NCBI GenBank assembly: GCA_965207445.1
Contig: CBDBLX010000002.1
Location: 2,135,849 to 2,199,848 of the forward strand
Length of the DNA: 64,000 nucleotides
From: Nitrosopumilus sp.
Lineage (GTDB): Archaea; Thermoproteota; Nitrososphaeria; Nitrososphaerales; Nitrosopumilaceae
Direction of reading: 5' to 3'
A program made the translations under genes and the position numbers. Below, piece after piece: positions 1 through 10,889 of the stretch (position 1 is its first letter; every line of letters begins with the position of its first letter). The notes beneath the pieces were generated by a model. It did no database searches. It saw nothing but the letters and a program-made list of their open reading frames with translations, and was not told the origin of the DNA.

Positions 1-123
1 TCTTGAAGTGAGTGATTGAGTACAAGACCAAGTATACGAAACAACACAAAAAGATAGGTTGCGTGGCTCATCACATGGCCACGACCCGGAATAGTATAAA
101 TTTATGAATTAGGCAACACGCCA
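1..123 (-). mobile_element. Terminus of an element of the same family as 37873-38965, running off the window
   Basis: Reverse complement of 54-123 (TGGCGTGTTGCCTAATTCATAAATTTATACT...GTCGTGGCCATGTGATGAGCCACGCAACCTA) matches 37873-37944. Confidence 0.7.
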
Positions 124-162
124 ACCCCAAGCAATAAATCAAATATAGCATATCATCGTATA

Positions 163-3100
163 ATGGTGTTCCAATGTCCCGATTGTAGCGCCAACATGCG
201 CATAAAAGAAACGAGTAAAGGCAAGATGCACATATCGTGTACCAGATGTAATCTAGAAGATACATGCGAATACAACGTAAATCCTGATGAAGTGTTTTTA
301 GAATTTTTGTGCAAATATGACGAGGATAATAAGAAAGTGACAACATATACAACAAATATCGAAATTATGGATAAAGTAAGTGACAATAATGAGTATGACA
401 GTCATAAAAACAATCACAAAAATGATGTGAAATTAGATAACAATCTAACATCTACAACCAGTTCAACTACTAAAACAGTAGTAGCAACAGCAACAACACA
501 AACAGAATCTACAAACAAGAACAATACCAACAGTGACAATAGCATTAGCAATATAGTAAGAGATGAGAATAGTGTCAGATCCGAATCTGAGATAGATAAA
601 ATGATAGGAGATGAGAAACCAGATAAATTAACACGCAGTGTACTGTACTCAAAAACTGATTATCTTGCAGACTATCGAGTTATTAGAGAAATAGAACCAA
701 AATACGGTCCAAATACAGACAAGCTGAAACTTGACAAACGACTTGTCAAAGAGCTGAAAAAAAATGGCATAAACAGATTGTACAAATTCCAACATATAGC
801 AATCAAAAACATAATTGCAGGAAATGATACAATTATAGAAGCACCTACTGCATCAGGAAAAACAGAAGCATTTCTCGTACCAATAATTCAGCGTATCATA
901 GACTCAGAAAATGCACGTGGAGATAATCAGGACATGTACACAAAATACGATGATGATAATGATAATCAGTATAATGAGAATGACAAAGGTAATGGGGATA
1001 AAAACACCAAAAATAAAAGTATCAACAAGAGACAACATGTTCATGCCATATTCGTATACCCAACAAAGGCACTTGCAAAAGATCAATTACCAAAAATTCA
1101 AAATATGGCAAAAGCAGTGAATCTAAGTGCAGACGTGTTGGATGGGGATACAGATAGACAGACACGAAACAAGATACTAAACAACCCACCACACATCCTA
1201 GTAACAAACTTTGATCTATTGCATCATCAAATGTGGCGGCAGACAAACCTAAGTAAAATTTTGAGAACATTTAGATTTCTAGTAGTAGATGAGGTACATA
1301 CATACACAGGAATATTTGGCAGTAATGTGCACTATGTAATAAAGAGGCTAGCAAGAATTGCGGGCTCAAATAATTTTGAAAAAAATGTACAATACATAGC
1401 AGCATCTGCCACGTTGGTGAATGCAGAAAATTTTTGTACAAAATTATTTGACATAAACAAAATTACACATGTACGTGGCTCAGGTCCAAGTAGACATATA
1501 GAATTTGCAATGGTGTTTCCCATACTTCGAAGACCACGAAGATTAATGGTAGATTTGACAAAAAAGTTTGCAACATCAGGACATCAAACCATGACATTTA
1601 GCAACTCACATAGAGGATCTGAACTAGTTGCAATATATTCTCAGAGAGCAGGCGTGAACATTAACGTCCACAGAGCAGGATTGACTCCAAAACAGAGAAG
1701 TGCAACTGAAAAGAAATTCAAAGATGGAAAGTTGCAAGCCATCTCATGCACACCAACATTAGAACTTGGAATTGATGTTGGTAGAACGGACTGTGTCGTA
1801 TCTGCACCTACGCCAATAAATAGACTAATTCAGAGAATTGGGAGAGCTGCTAGAAGCGGAAAAAGACACGGTTATGCATTTTTGGTACTAGGTGATGATC
1901 CAATATCACAATATTACAAAAATCATGCTACAGATTACTTTGAGGACACTGAACAACTATACATTGATCCCCACAACCCATACGTTGAAGAGTGTCAAAT
2001 ACTAGCAATGGCACATGATGCTCCAATCAAATGCGATGAAATGATACAACAACATGCAGATACAATAAAACAACTCATTATGCGAGGAGAACTAAAAAAG
2101 AGATATGACAAGACAATAGTTCCCAATATACACACATCAAACAGTCAGACACTTGTTAACTATAACATTAGAGGGATGGGAGAATCAATTGACATTGTGT
2201 ATAATGGAACAAAGGTAGGGGATAGAGTATGCCCCATTGCACTTGAAGAGTTACACAAAGGAGCAGTGTACTTTCTTGCAGGAAGATCATATATTGTGAC
2301 TAGTTTTGATTATCCCAACAGACAGCATGCCATAATAGAACCACTTTCAAATAATCATCCATATTATACAAAAGCACTCACTACAGAGTATCCGTCAATA
2401 GAAGAAATCATAGAAAAGAGAATGGTTAATGGGATAGAAACTGCGTTTTGTAAACTTCGAATAGAAAAAAACGTGTCAAAATATGCAAAGATAAAGTGGG
2501 GAGACTCATACAGTGGGATGCAAAAGTATGATGAAAACGTCACAACAGATAGTCTAGCAGATGATGATGATGATGATGATATATCATCATCAAATATAGT
2601 AAAATTAGATGAGCCTTTACTATACACATATGTAACAAAAGGTATTGTATTTTGTGCACCTCGGCCTGTCGATGAGATCCAAAAAGCAAAAACAAAGATG
2701 AACAATCAAAGTCAGTATCAAGAAAAAACAGTAACAGCAACAACAACAATACAAAGTCCAGAATTGACACAAAAGGATCAATTCATCAATAAACTTGATG
2801 AAGATTACATAACAACAAGTGGTTATCATGCAACAGAGCACGTAGTAATAGAGGGAAGTAATATGATAACAGGAGGCGCATCACAAAATCTAGGAGGTAT
2901 ATCAATGGGCACATCTGGAATAATATTTGTACATGATGGAGTAATTGGAGGTAGTGGAGCTAGTAGAGCGCTATACGACAGACTAGAATTAGCATTTAAG
3001 AGAAGCATGCATATAGTAGACGAGTGTCCATGTAAAGCAGAATCAGGTTGCCCGAGATGCATCATGTCATATAGATGCGGTAACAACAATGAATACTTAC

Positions 3101-3198
3101 ACAAAATGTCATCACTAGAAGTGTTAAAAAGAATAAACAATGGTGAGCGCACATCACTAGCATTAGATTCACTAGAGTACCAAAAGCCAATAGTCTGA
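163..3198 (+). CDS. DEAD/DEAH-box helicase with C-terminal DUF1998 4-Cys domain (Hrq1/MrfA/SftH-like) and N-terminal Zn ribbon
   Basis: PTASGKT, DEVH, ASAT, LELGID, QRIGRAAR; CPC..SGCPRC; N/T/D-rich inserts. Confidence 0.9.
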   Translation: MVFQCPDCSANMRIKETSKGKMHISCTRCNLEDTCEYNVNPDEVFLEFLCKYDEDNKKVTTYTTNIEIMDKVSDNNEYDSHKNNHKNDVKLDNNLTSTTSSTTKTVVATATTQTESTNKNNTNSDNSISNIVRDENSVRSESEIDKMIGDEKPDKLTRSVLYSKTDYLADYRVIREIEPKYGPNTDKLKLDKRLVKELKKNGINRLYKFQHIAIKNIIAGNDTIIEAPTASGKTEAFLVPIIQRIIDSENARGDNQDMYTKYDDDNDNQYNENDKGNGDKNTKNKSINKRQHVHAIFVYPTKALAKDQLPKIQNMAKAVNLSADVLDGDTDRQTRNKILNNPPHILVTNFDLLHHQMWRQTNLSKILRTFRFLVVDEVHTYTGIFGSNVHYVIKRLARIAGSNNFEKNVQYIAASATLVNAENFCTKLFDINKITHVRGSGPSRHIEFAMVFPILRRPRRLMVDLTKKFATSGHQTMTFSNSHRGSELVAIYSQRAGVNINVHRAGLTPKQRSATEKKFKDGKLQAISCTPTLELGIDVGRTDCVVSAPTPINRLIQRIGRAARSGKRHGYAFLVLGDDPISQYYKNHATDYFEDTEQLYIDPHNPYVEECQILAMAHDAPIKCDEMIQQHADTIKQLIMRGELKKRYDKTIVPNIHTSNSQTLVNYNIRGMGESIDIVYNGTKVGDRVCPIALEELHKGAVYFLAGRSYIVTSFDYPNRQHAIIEPLSNNHPYYTKALTTEYPSIEEIIEKRMVNGIETAFCKLRIEKNVSKYAKIKWGDSYSGMQKYDENVTTDSLADDDDDDDISSSNIVKLDEPLLYTYVTKGIVFCAPRPVDEIQKAKTKMNNQSQYQEKTVTATTTIQSPELTQKDQFINKLDEDYITTSGYHATEHVVIEGSNMITGGASQNLGGISMGTSGIIFVHDGVIGGSGASRALYDRLELAFKRSMHIVDECPCKAESGCPRCIMSYRCGNNNEYLHKMSSLEVLKRINNGERTSLALDSLEYQKPIV

Positions 3199-3283
3199 AT
3201 CTTATATTTGTCCTACGTACACTCAAAACGGTATTCTAGAAAGACAAATATCAAAAGCCAATAGTCTGAACCGTGTATTTGCC
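3181..3283 (+). repeat. Duplication of the helicase 3' end
   Basis: CAAAAGCCAATAGTCTGAA at 3181-3199 and 3252-3270, with weaker similarity beyond. Confidence 0.75.
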
Positions 3284-3725
3284 AACGAATAGTATAGTTA
3301 AAAATATCACATAAACAATTACCAACTCAACTATCATCATATTTCCAGTATATCAAAATATGTGAGATTTGTATTTGGTTTACAACCACAAGATCAAATC
3401 AAGCTCCTAAACTTTCCTTGTAAAATAATCATTCGAGAACTACCAGATAAAGAGAGTGCTCAACTACAGTGTGACGCTGTATGGCGCACAGATCATACAC
3501 CTTGCCAATGATACAAGTAACTTTGATTAGAGTAACTTATAACAGAACATCTATAGTCCATGTAGATATCAAATCAAGTGACTTGTAGCACATCACATCT
3601 GATACACTATACCACGTGTATCATAATATATGATTAAAATTGATCATAAAATTGTAAATTAAACACATAATTCCCAAAACATCGCACACAGAGGATTTAT
3701 AGTGCAATTACAGAGTAAATAGTAA

Positions 3726-4343
3726 GTGTACTCTAAAACAGATATCACATATGCGCTAAAACATTTACGCAAAGACCCAATTCTTGCAAAAATAATAGAC
3801 AACACGTCTATAGAATTTGAGATAAAGGTTACTCGTAACAAATACCGTGCGCTAACAAAGGCCATAATTACACAACAGTTATCATCTCATTCTGCAAACG
3901 CAATATCAGAAAGGTTCAAGTCACTATACAACACACCATATCCAAAACCCATAGATGTTGTTGCAACATCCAATTCTAAACTAAAAAGAACAGGACTCTC
4001 AGATAGAAAAATAGAGTGCATAAAAGAAGTATCAAAAAGAATCAAAGACGGGCGGTTAAAACTTGATCATACCAGTAAAATGCCAGATGATATAGTAATT
4101 GACATGCTAACAGAAATTAAAGGCATAGGTAGGTGGACTGCAGAGATATTTCTAATCTTTGGACTTGGGAGAAAAGATGTCTTGCCAGTAGGCGATCTAG
4201 GTTTGAGAAAAGGAATCAAATTATTTTACAATTTATCAGATATGCCATCAACAGAGATAGTTGAGACAATAGCAGAGAGATGGCGACCATATAGAACCAT
4301 AGCAACATGGTACATTTGGAAAGCACAACAAAAATCAAACTAG
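3726..4343 (+). CDS. alkA: DNA-3-methyladenine glycosylase (HhH-GPD family)
   Basis: IITQQLS, HhH motif LTEIKGIGRWTA, PVGDLG, WRPYRT; GTG start. Confidence 0.9.
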   Translation: MYSKTDITYALKHLRKDPILAKIIDNTSIEFEIKVTRNKYRALTKAIITQQLSSHSANAISERFKSLYNTPYPKPIDVVATSNSKLKRTGLSDRKIECIKEVSKRIKDGRLKLDHTSKMPDDIVIDMLTEIKGIGRWTAEIFLIFGLGRKDVLPVGDLGLRKGIKLFYNLSDMPSTEIVETIAERWRPYRTIATWYIWKAQQKSN

Positions 4344-4449
4344 ATGTAAATCGTGAGTTTATTGTGGCACCACTATTATACACAGAGTTATCCTCATCAG
4401 GGGCAACAACGCATATGATAAATATGTGCATAGTATAGACAATACAGAT

Positions 4450-5286
4450 ATGAGTAAAAAAGTTGCACTTGTCACAGGTGCGTCATCAGGAATCGGTACA
4501 GAAACAGTACTAGCATTAGCAAAAAACAACTATCATACATTTGCAGGAATTAGGAGTGATAGCGCACCTACACTAGAAGAAAGAGCATCAAATGAAAAAT
4601 TAAGTGTTGATATAATATCCAACTTTGATGTAAACTATGAAAAATCCATAACAGATGCAGTCTCAAAAGTTCTATCATATAATGGAAGAATAGATGTTCT
4701 TGTCAACAATGCAGGATATGGCCAATTCGGATGCACAGAAGATGTACCTATATCAAAATTTAGAGAGCAGTTTGAGACTAACTTTTTTAGTATTGTCCAA
4801 TTAATACAAAAAGTTGCACCGATCATGCGTAAACAAAACTCAGGGAATATCATAAACATCAGCTCAATAGTAGGAAGGATGGGTTTGCCAGGCTCGCCGG
4901 CATATATTAGCTCCAAGTTTGCACTCGAAGGCCTTGTAGAATGTCTCAGGTATGAACTCGGGCAATTTGGAATTAGGACCACATTGATTGAACCAGGCGT
5001 AGTTAAAACAAAATTTTTTGATTCTATGAGAGTACCAGAATCATGTGTGGATCCAAAATACAAGACATTGACAGATCATATTTTATCTGGAATTAGTATG
5101 ATGGTGCAGATGGGAACACCACCATCACAGGTGGCAGAGACCATAATGATAGCAATCAAAGATGGAGAAAATATGTTGCCAAGATACACAGTAGGTGCAG
5201 ATGCAGAGATGTTCACAAAAGCAAAAGTATCAAAGACAGACATAGAATTTGAACAATATATGAAAGAAGAGTTGTTTCCAAAATGA
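4450..5286 (+). CDS. Short-chain dehydrogenase/reductase
   Basis: TGASSGIG, NNAG, YISSK. Confidence 0.92.
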   Translation: MSKKVALVTGASSGIGTETVLALAKNNYHTFAGIRSDSAPTLEERASNEKLSVDIISNFDVNYEKSITDAVSKVLSYNGRIDVLVNNAGYGQFGCTEDVPISKFREQFETNFFSIVQLIQKVAPIMRKQNSGNIINISSIVGRMGLPGSPAYISSKFALEGLVECLRYELGQFGIRTTLIEPGVVKTKFFDSMRVPESCVDPKYKTLTDHILSGISMMVQMGTPPSQVAETIMIAIKDGENMLPRYTVGADAEMFTKAKVSKTDIEFEQYMKEELFPK

Positions 5287-5465
5287 AATAAAATAAAATA
5301 AAATAATAAAACGATAAAGCAAAGTAAAACACACATGTGATAAAAGTTGGATTATAATTTTTAGGAAAAAAGCGTCACAAAACTAAAGGTAAAAGTCAGT
5401 TTTTATTAGAAAAAAGGTGATCACGTACCTATAGATTATTAACCAGACGAGGCACATGACACATT

Positions 5466-6218
5466 ATGAAAATAGTTCAAATTTCAGATCTACATGTTGG
5501 ATCACAATTTATTTCAGAAAAATTTGATCTGTTACTATCAGAAGTAAATGAGATAAATCCAGACGTCATTGTAATTACAGGTGATCTTACAAACGAGGGG
5601 CTAGTCAAAGAATATCAAAAAGCAAAATTACTGATAACAAAATTCAACGCCAAAAAGATAATTACAATAAGCGGAAATCACGATTATCGTAATACAGGTT
5701 ATCTGTTGTTCAAAAAGTACTTTCCACTTCAGACAATAAATGAACTAGGAGACAATGTTGTATTAATAACAGTAGGAACAGCAAGACCTGATCGAAATGA
5801 TGGTGAAGTCGGATATAGACAAAATTTGTGGATCAGTAGGACATTACAAAAGTACCAAGATCGAGTCAAGATCGTTGCAATGCATCATCATCTTATCGCA
5901 ATACCTGACACAGGCTCAGATCAGCTTACAGTAGTTGATGCAGGTGATGTATTACGAACAATTCTTGAGACAAATGTCGACATTGTGTTGTGCGGACACA
6001 AACATAGGCCTTGGATATGGGAATTTGACGGACTAACAGTAGTCAATGCAGGAACAGCCACATCAGAGCGCGTACGAGGTTTGTTTGAAAATACGTACAA
6101 TATAGTGACTGTTGATGATGTAACAAAACACACAAGTATTGATTTGAAGATAGTAGGGGGTAAAAAAGTACCAATTAATGAGATTGTAAAAAACTATGAT
6201 CAATATCATGAAGAATGA
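5466..6218 (+). CDS. Calcineurin-like metallophosphoesterase (Icc/CpdA-like)
   Basis: SDLH, TGDLT, GNHD, HH, GHKH. Confidence 0.9.
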   Translation: MKIVQISDLHVGSQFISEKFDLLLSEVNEINPDVIVITGDLTNEGLVKEYQKAKLLITKFNAKKIITISGNHDYRNTGYLLFKKYFPLQTINELGDNVVLITVGTARPDRNDGEVGYRQNLWISRTLQKYQDRVKIVAMHHHLIAIPDTGSDQLTVVDAGDVLRTILETNVDIVLCGHKHRPWIWEFDGLTVVNAGTATSERVRGLFENTYNIVTVDDVTKHTSIDLKIVGGKKVPINEIVKNYDQYHEE

Positions 6219-6283
6219 ACCAGTGTGGATGGGTTTGCCACACATGAATCAATTTAATTGTGTGCCATCTCAATTACATGCGT

Positions 6284-6370
6284 GCGGAGATCGCCTAGCA
6301 TGGTAGGGCGTGGGATTGCTAATCCCATGTTCGAAAGAACACGGGGGTTCAAATCCCCCTCTCCGCGCCA
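6284..6370 (+). tRNA. tRNA-Ser(GCT)
   Basis: Acceptor GCGGAGA/TCTCCGC, anticodon arm TGGGA-TTGCTAA-TCCCA, long variable arm, GTTCAAATC, encoded CCA. Confidence 0.96.
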
Positions 6371-6516
6371 TCAACAATTAACAAACACAACAATAGTCCA
6401 CAATGTGCCCAATTTTAATGGTCTTATTTCTAATTATACAGTGCAACACATTTACCATGGCAAGTAACAACCAAACCACTGAAAACTTAATAATTGTAGT
6501 AAATTCCTCTAAACAT

Positions 6517-6678
6517 ATGGGACGCAGAAAAACACAAAAGATCATTCGATCAGGTCCAAAAAACGCCACAGTAGGACTGTGTCCAATCTGCAACACTATA
6601 GGAAAAGTCTTTCTTATTGGGCCTCCTGGTGAAGAAAAGTGCAAGTGTGAGAAATGTAGAGGAGAATTTGATCTTTGA
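6517..6678 (+). CDS. Small basic Zn-ribbon protein, 53 aa
   Basis: MGRRKTQK start, CPIC and CEKC motifs. Confidence 0.7.
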   Translation: MGRRKTQKIIRSGPKNATVGLCPICNTIGKVFLIGPPGEEKCKCEKCRGEFDL

Positions 6679-7020
6679 TGTGATTGTGTTGCTTGTTTAT
6701 TCAACTGACAATCATCACTCCACGTTCTTATTTTCAAATATGACACAAATCCATTTTTATCATATTCAACATACAACCATGCCATAACTATTTTGCATTG
6801 ACTGTATGGTATCAATCATCAAAAATCAACAATAAAGACGCTTGAAAATCAAGTTAAATTGCATGCTCAAAAATGTAAATTTTTTGTAAAGCTCCAGATT
6901 GCTATCGTGTGTCAATACATATCCAAATTATAATAGAGATGCAATATCCAAATTATAATAGAACTGATATCAAAATAATAACCCACGGATAACTTTTTTT
7001 AGCACCACATCTGACGTTTA

Positions 7021-7194
7021 ATGATGAGCTCAGAATCTGAAACTATCTATGATCGTGTCTCTAAGCTTGAAGACGATGTTGCAGTACTGCAAAGTGAAGT
7101 TGATCTACTCAAAAAAGCATTGCGGAATACCATAGCACGTTATGAAATCTCCAAGATTAAAAAAGGCGACGATGTCAAAAGTATTATTGACTAG
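7021..7194 (+). CDS. Small coiled-coil protein, 57 aa (not in ORF track)
   Basis: Hand translation MMSSESETIYDRVSKLEDDVAVLQSEVDLLKKALRNTIARYEISKIKKGDDVKSIID with heptad pattern. Confidence 0.7.
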   Translation: MMSSESETIYDRVSKLEDDVAVLQSEVDLLKKALRNTIARYEISKIKKGDDVKSIID

Positions 7195-7341
7195 TGACGT
7201 TACTGTTGAGGTTGTAATCAGTAAATGATCGCAATGTCATTTTTATGTGTACATCATCAGTTACATACTATATGATATTATAACATACTTTTTAAAAATA
7301 AATTATATCATCGAGTTCAATTCACACATTATACAACAAAA

Positions 7342-8538
7342 CTAGGTTATTCTTTCAAGATAGCGTAATGGATCTCTTAACTCGATTGTGGTAGGCGGAT
7401 CATTTATCATTATGGAAAAAGCATCTTTGCCGCGTTTATCAAATATTGTCTTTACAAAGTCGCGTCCCATATTTTTTCGAATTTTGTATGTGCTAAAATC
7501 AGTACCCATAAAAGTACTCAGATATTTTGCAAAGTCTTCATCATCTTTTAAAATCTCATTTACAACTAGTGCTGCCATTCCTTCCATGATTACAAATGCA
7601 GAGTGATGTTGCTGTATCGGTTTGAGCCATTCTGTGTATATGTCCAAAAGTGATGGTACACATTGTTTTATTGTAGGATCTATCTCGACATGAGTATAAG
7701 TCATAACATCAGGTCCCACCATCTCCACTAGAAAGTGATCCGGATTCAAAAAAAAGAACAAATTGGCTCTCTTTGCAAATGGGAAATCATCTGGAACGGC
7801 CTGCAGTTGACAGTGTTCTACAAGTTTGTTTACAGTTTGCGTATCTAGACTCATTATTGTCTTTGCCAATTTTTCATTGGTTTTGTTGACATGTATTGCA
7901 GCTTTTTTATTTATTAGGTGAAGGTTTCGCTGTGCAGAATGAACAATTTCTTCTAACACCGTCATTTTTATCGCTCCAATATATCCAGCATTTACCTCGT
8001 TAAATCTCGTTTCATATGGCTCGCCTTGTCGATACAAGATTATCTGCGGGTATCGAGATAATACGAATTTGTTAAGATATATCACAGAGTCAAGGTAATC
8101 CCCATAAGTAGTAGTTATTTTTGATATGTATTGGATTGCGTATGTAGAATATACCAAGTATTTTGCAGTGTCAGATTCCATCATATTTGCAATCGCTGTT
8201 TGGTCTTCGGCTGCAACAGCGGCAAATAGATTCGAGACGAATTGTTGTGCCTCATCACTGCCAGCAAATACTTTGGAAGCTTTGAGTTTTTTTAGACCGT
8301 CAAGCTCAAGATACTCAAGTCGTAATCCCGCATCACACTCAACTCCTAAAAAATCCTGTACTTTGTTCACATATATGGGAAATATCTCACTTGCAACATC
8401 ATCGAGTTTTCTGAACTGGACTCTTCCTGATATACTCTCCATTGCTTTGGTACCAAGATTAAGAATTTCAGATTCTTCATTGATCTCAACTGATAGTTGT
8501 CCCATGAGTGCTTCTGCAAATTCTTCAGACTCTTTCAT
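7342..8538 (-). CDS. Hypothetical protein with zincin-like motif variant
   Basis: Long ORF; EEIVHSAQ with downstream EGMA resembles HExxH..E; start at MKESEEF. Confidence 0.75.
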   Translation of the reverse strand: MKESEEFAEALMGQLSVEINEESEILNLGTKAMESISGRVQFRKLDDVASEIFPIYVNKVQDFLGVECDAGLRLEYLELDGLKKLKASKVFAGSDEAQQFVSNLFAAVAAEDQTAIANMMESDTAKYLVYSTYAIQYISKITTTYGDYLDSVIYLNKFVLSRYPQIILYRQGEPYETRFNEVNAGYIGAIKMTVLEEIVHSAQRNLHLINKKAAIHVNKTNEKLAKTIMSLDTQTVNKLVEHCQLQAVPDDFPFAKRANLFFFLNPDHFLVEMVGPDVMTYTHVEIDPTIKQCVPSLLDIYTEWLKPIQQHHSAFVIMEGMAALVVNEILKDDEDFAKYLSTFMGTDFSTYKIRKNMGRDFVKTIFDKRGKDAFSIMINDPPTTIELRDPLRYLERIT

Positions 8539-8635
8539 TGTATTGACAACGTACACCTACAATTTAACACTAACCTGACTGAATCAAGACATTCACAACA
8601 ACAGTGAAATACAAAGAATACTAACAAATAACTAA

Positions 8636-8950
8636 ATGGTATCAGTAATTGTAATCCCAATTATTGTGGTGATGGTTGTAGGTCTAGTAGGATATCTAGT
8701 ATACAAATATTTCATATTGGACATGTCATCAAGACGTGCAGTACAAAAGACATTACAAAAGTACAACATTAACAAGACACCGTCTCAAATAGTACGAGAA
8801 TACTATATGGTAAAGGGAAAAGCACTTTCAGATAGAGAGATTCGTGGAATAGAGAGAGATTGCATGCGAAATGAGCCAGATCAATTCCTTGCAATGTATG
8901 ATGTGATACGAGACAAAACAAAGGGAAACAATACTAACGTAGATGTATAG
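8636..8950 (+). CDS. Hypothetical protein with N-terminal TM helix
   Basis: 104 aa, hydrophobic N-terminus, host-like codon usage. Confidence 0.75.
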   Translation: MVSVIVIPIIVVMVVGLVGYLVYKYFILDMSSRRAVQKTLQKYNINKTPSQIVREYYMVKGKALSDREIRGIERDCMRNEPDQFLAMYDVIRDKTKGNNTNVDV

Positions 8951-9065
8951 CGACTCATCAGGATAGTATACAAATAGTGTTTAGATAAATTATATTCCAC
9001 ATACAGCAAGTATAAAAAAATCAGTCAGGAATAATAGTGTATTTAGTATGTGGATAAAACAAATA

Positions 9066-9212
9066 GTGTGAGCCAAGCTCTTTGGGCACAATAATAATTA
9101 CATACGAGTATTTTGTCACATCACCGTCTACATGACGAGTATCGTGCATGCGATGCATTTGGCTAGGAGTTATTTTTGAATGATCATACCAGTCATGGAT
9201 CTTGGTTCACAC
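9066..9212 (-). mobile_element. GTGTGAACCAA-family MITE, copy 1
   Basis: Ends GTGTGAGCCAAG/CTTGGTTCACAC; flanks AACAAATA/AATAAATA (7 of 8). Confidence 0.85.
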
Positions 9213-9331
9213 AATAAATACAATCGGTCAAACACAATTGATCAAATACAATTGATCAAATGTATATATTCAAAATATACAAAATTAAAATTGAAAAAAA
9301 TAAATTGTTGAGGGGTGTTTATATCTTCTAG

Positions 9332-10195
9332 TTACGGGTTTACTGGAATTTGTATGAACGGTGTTCCACCTTCACCAACTACAAGTGGTAGTTTGCCATC
9401 CCATGCTTGAGTCTTTAACCACTCAAGATATTGAGGATTCTCTGCAAGGGCTTTATTGATAATTGCAATTGCTTCAGATTCTCCTTTTGCCTCTGCAATA
9501 TTGGCATTTGCAACACCTACTGCGTTTGCTTCTCTCTGTTTCGCTTCAACTTCGATTCTACGAAGATCGTTTTCTGCTTTTAGTGCCTTTTGTTCTGCCT
9601 CTACTTTTGCCTCGATTGCTTGTGCAAACAACGGTGAAAATTCAAAGTCAGTTATAGATATAACCTCTGTTACCACCTGAAACTGAGCAAGTCTGTCCCT
9701 GATTGAGACTTCAATGTCCTGTTTTACAAGTGGTCGTTTTGTAATTAGTTCTTCTGCATTATAATTTGCAGTGACTTGTTTTACAGTCTCTTCTATGGCA
9801 GGTTGTATGATTCTGTTTTCATAATCCAAGCCCAAGTCTTGATATAGTCTATGAATATTTTCTTTGTCTGGGTGATAGTTTACAGTAACAGTTGTTTCCA
9901 CTGTCTGAAGATCCTTTGATGCACTACGGGTCTCTCTTTCATACTTTAGCGTTCGTACTTCAATATTTATGACATCATCTTGAAAAGGAACTACAAAGTG
10001 CAACCCTTCATCAAGAGGAGGACTTGAAACATCCACTGCATTCCAGTGAAGTAATACGCCTCTATGTCCTGCATCCACTATCTTTACAGATGCATAGGCA
10101 ACCACGCCAACTACAATAAGAACGATAATTGCAATTGCAACAGCTTTGGCAGCACCCGCATTCACATTTGTGCGCGGTGACTGGTATCTAGACAT
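9332..10195 (-). CDS. Prohibitin/SPFH (band 7) family protein
   Basis: TM anchor, GHRGV, EGLHFVVPF, SKDLQTV, AIEAKVEAEQ coiled coil, WDGKLP. Confidence 0.92.
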   Translation of the reverse strand: MSRYQSPRTNVNAGAAKAVAIAIIVLIVVGVVAYASVKIVDAGHRGVLLHWNAVDVSSPPLDEGLHFVVPFQDDVINIEVRTLKYERETRSASKDLQTVETTVTVNYHPDKENIHRLYQDLGLDYENRIIQPAIEETVKQVTANYNAEELITKRPLVKQDIEVSIRDRLAQFQVVTEVISITDFEFSPLFAQAIEAKVEAEQKALKAENDLRRIEVEAKQREANAVGVANANIAEAKGESEAIAIINKALAENPQYLEWLKTQAWDGKLPLVVGEGGTPFIQIPVNP

Positions 10196-10323
10196 GTATC
10201 TAGTATATTTTACCCCTTTATTACTTTAGGCTATTTTTCACAAAACAGCATATCCAATTACAGTTGAATTCTACAAGTGTTAGTGGTGCCAACAAATTTA
10301 ACCCACAATACCATAAATAATGC

Positions 10324-10821
10324 ATGGTGGTAGGCGAGTACTGGTGGTTGATATATCTAGTATTCCTAGCAATTCCTATTAGTAGAATACTGCCAAGAAT
10401 TATCTCAAGGAATAAACAGTCTAATCGTTATTCTGACAATAATCCATATGAAAATAATAATAATAAGAACACTTACGATACCATACCCATTACAAAGTCA
10501 GATAATATAGTATCAAATGATGATATGAACAAAGAACAAAAGCATAAACAATCTAAGCCTACACGCACACATAGCTCAAATGAACCCAACGCAGATACAG
10601 TTAGTGGTCAGACAGATGAGATGGTAGTGTTAGGCATAATACACAGAGGAGTCAAGACTTTTGATAGAATACAAAAAAAGACAGGTTTTGAGGATAAACG
10701 ATTAAACATTGCACTGGAGAATTTAGAGGATAAAAGGCTAATACATATTATAGAGAAAAAAGGGCTTTTGGGTGTAAAAGTTGAGATACATCCAACAGAC
10801 AAAGGATTCCAAAAATATTAG
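10324..10821 (+). CDS. Membrane-anchored protein with C-terminal winged-helix-like domain; last codons displaced by IS1595
   Basis: N-terminal TM; stop TAG formed at the TSD/IR junction; the original end (YYS*) reappears at 16629-16640. Confidence 0.75.
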   Translation: MVVGEYWWLIYLVFLAIPISRILPRIISRNKQSNRYSDNNPYENNNNKNTYDTIPITKSDNIVSNDDMNKEQKHKQSKPTRTHSSNEPNADTVSGQTDEMVVLGIIHRGVKTFDRIQKKTGFEDKRLNIALENLEDKRLIHIIEKKGLLGVKVEIHPTDKGFQKY

Positions 10822-10889
10822 GTAATACGTAACTATTTGGACCTTGAAAGAGCACATATTGATAAATAATTTCACGCCTAGGTAGTGCC

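Noticed and set aside
60..85. GTGATGA within a hairpin as a C/D box sRNA
   Set aside because: The second copy at 37912 disrupts the C box and no well-placed D box was seen; it is part of a mobile-element end.
6378..6815. 145-aa minus-strand ORF
   Set aside because: Mostly antisense to the Zn-ribbon gene and has no recognisable motif.
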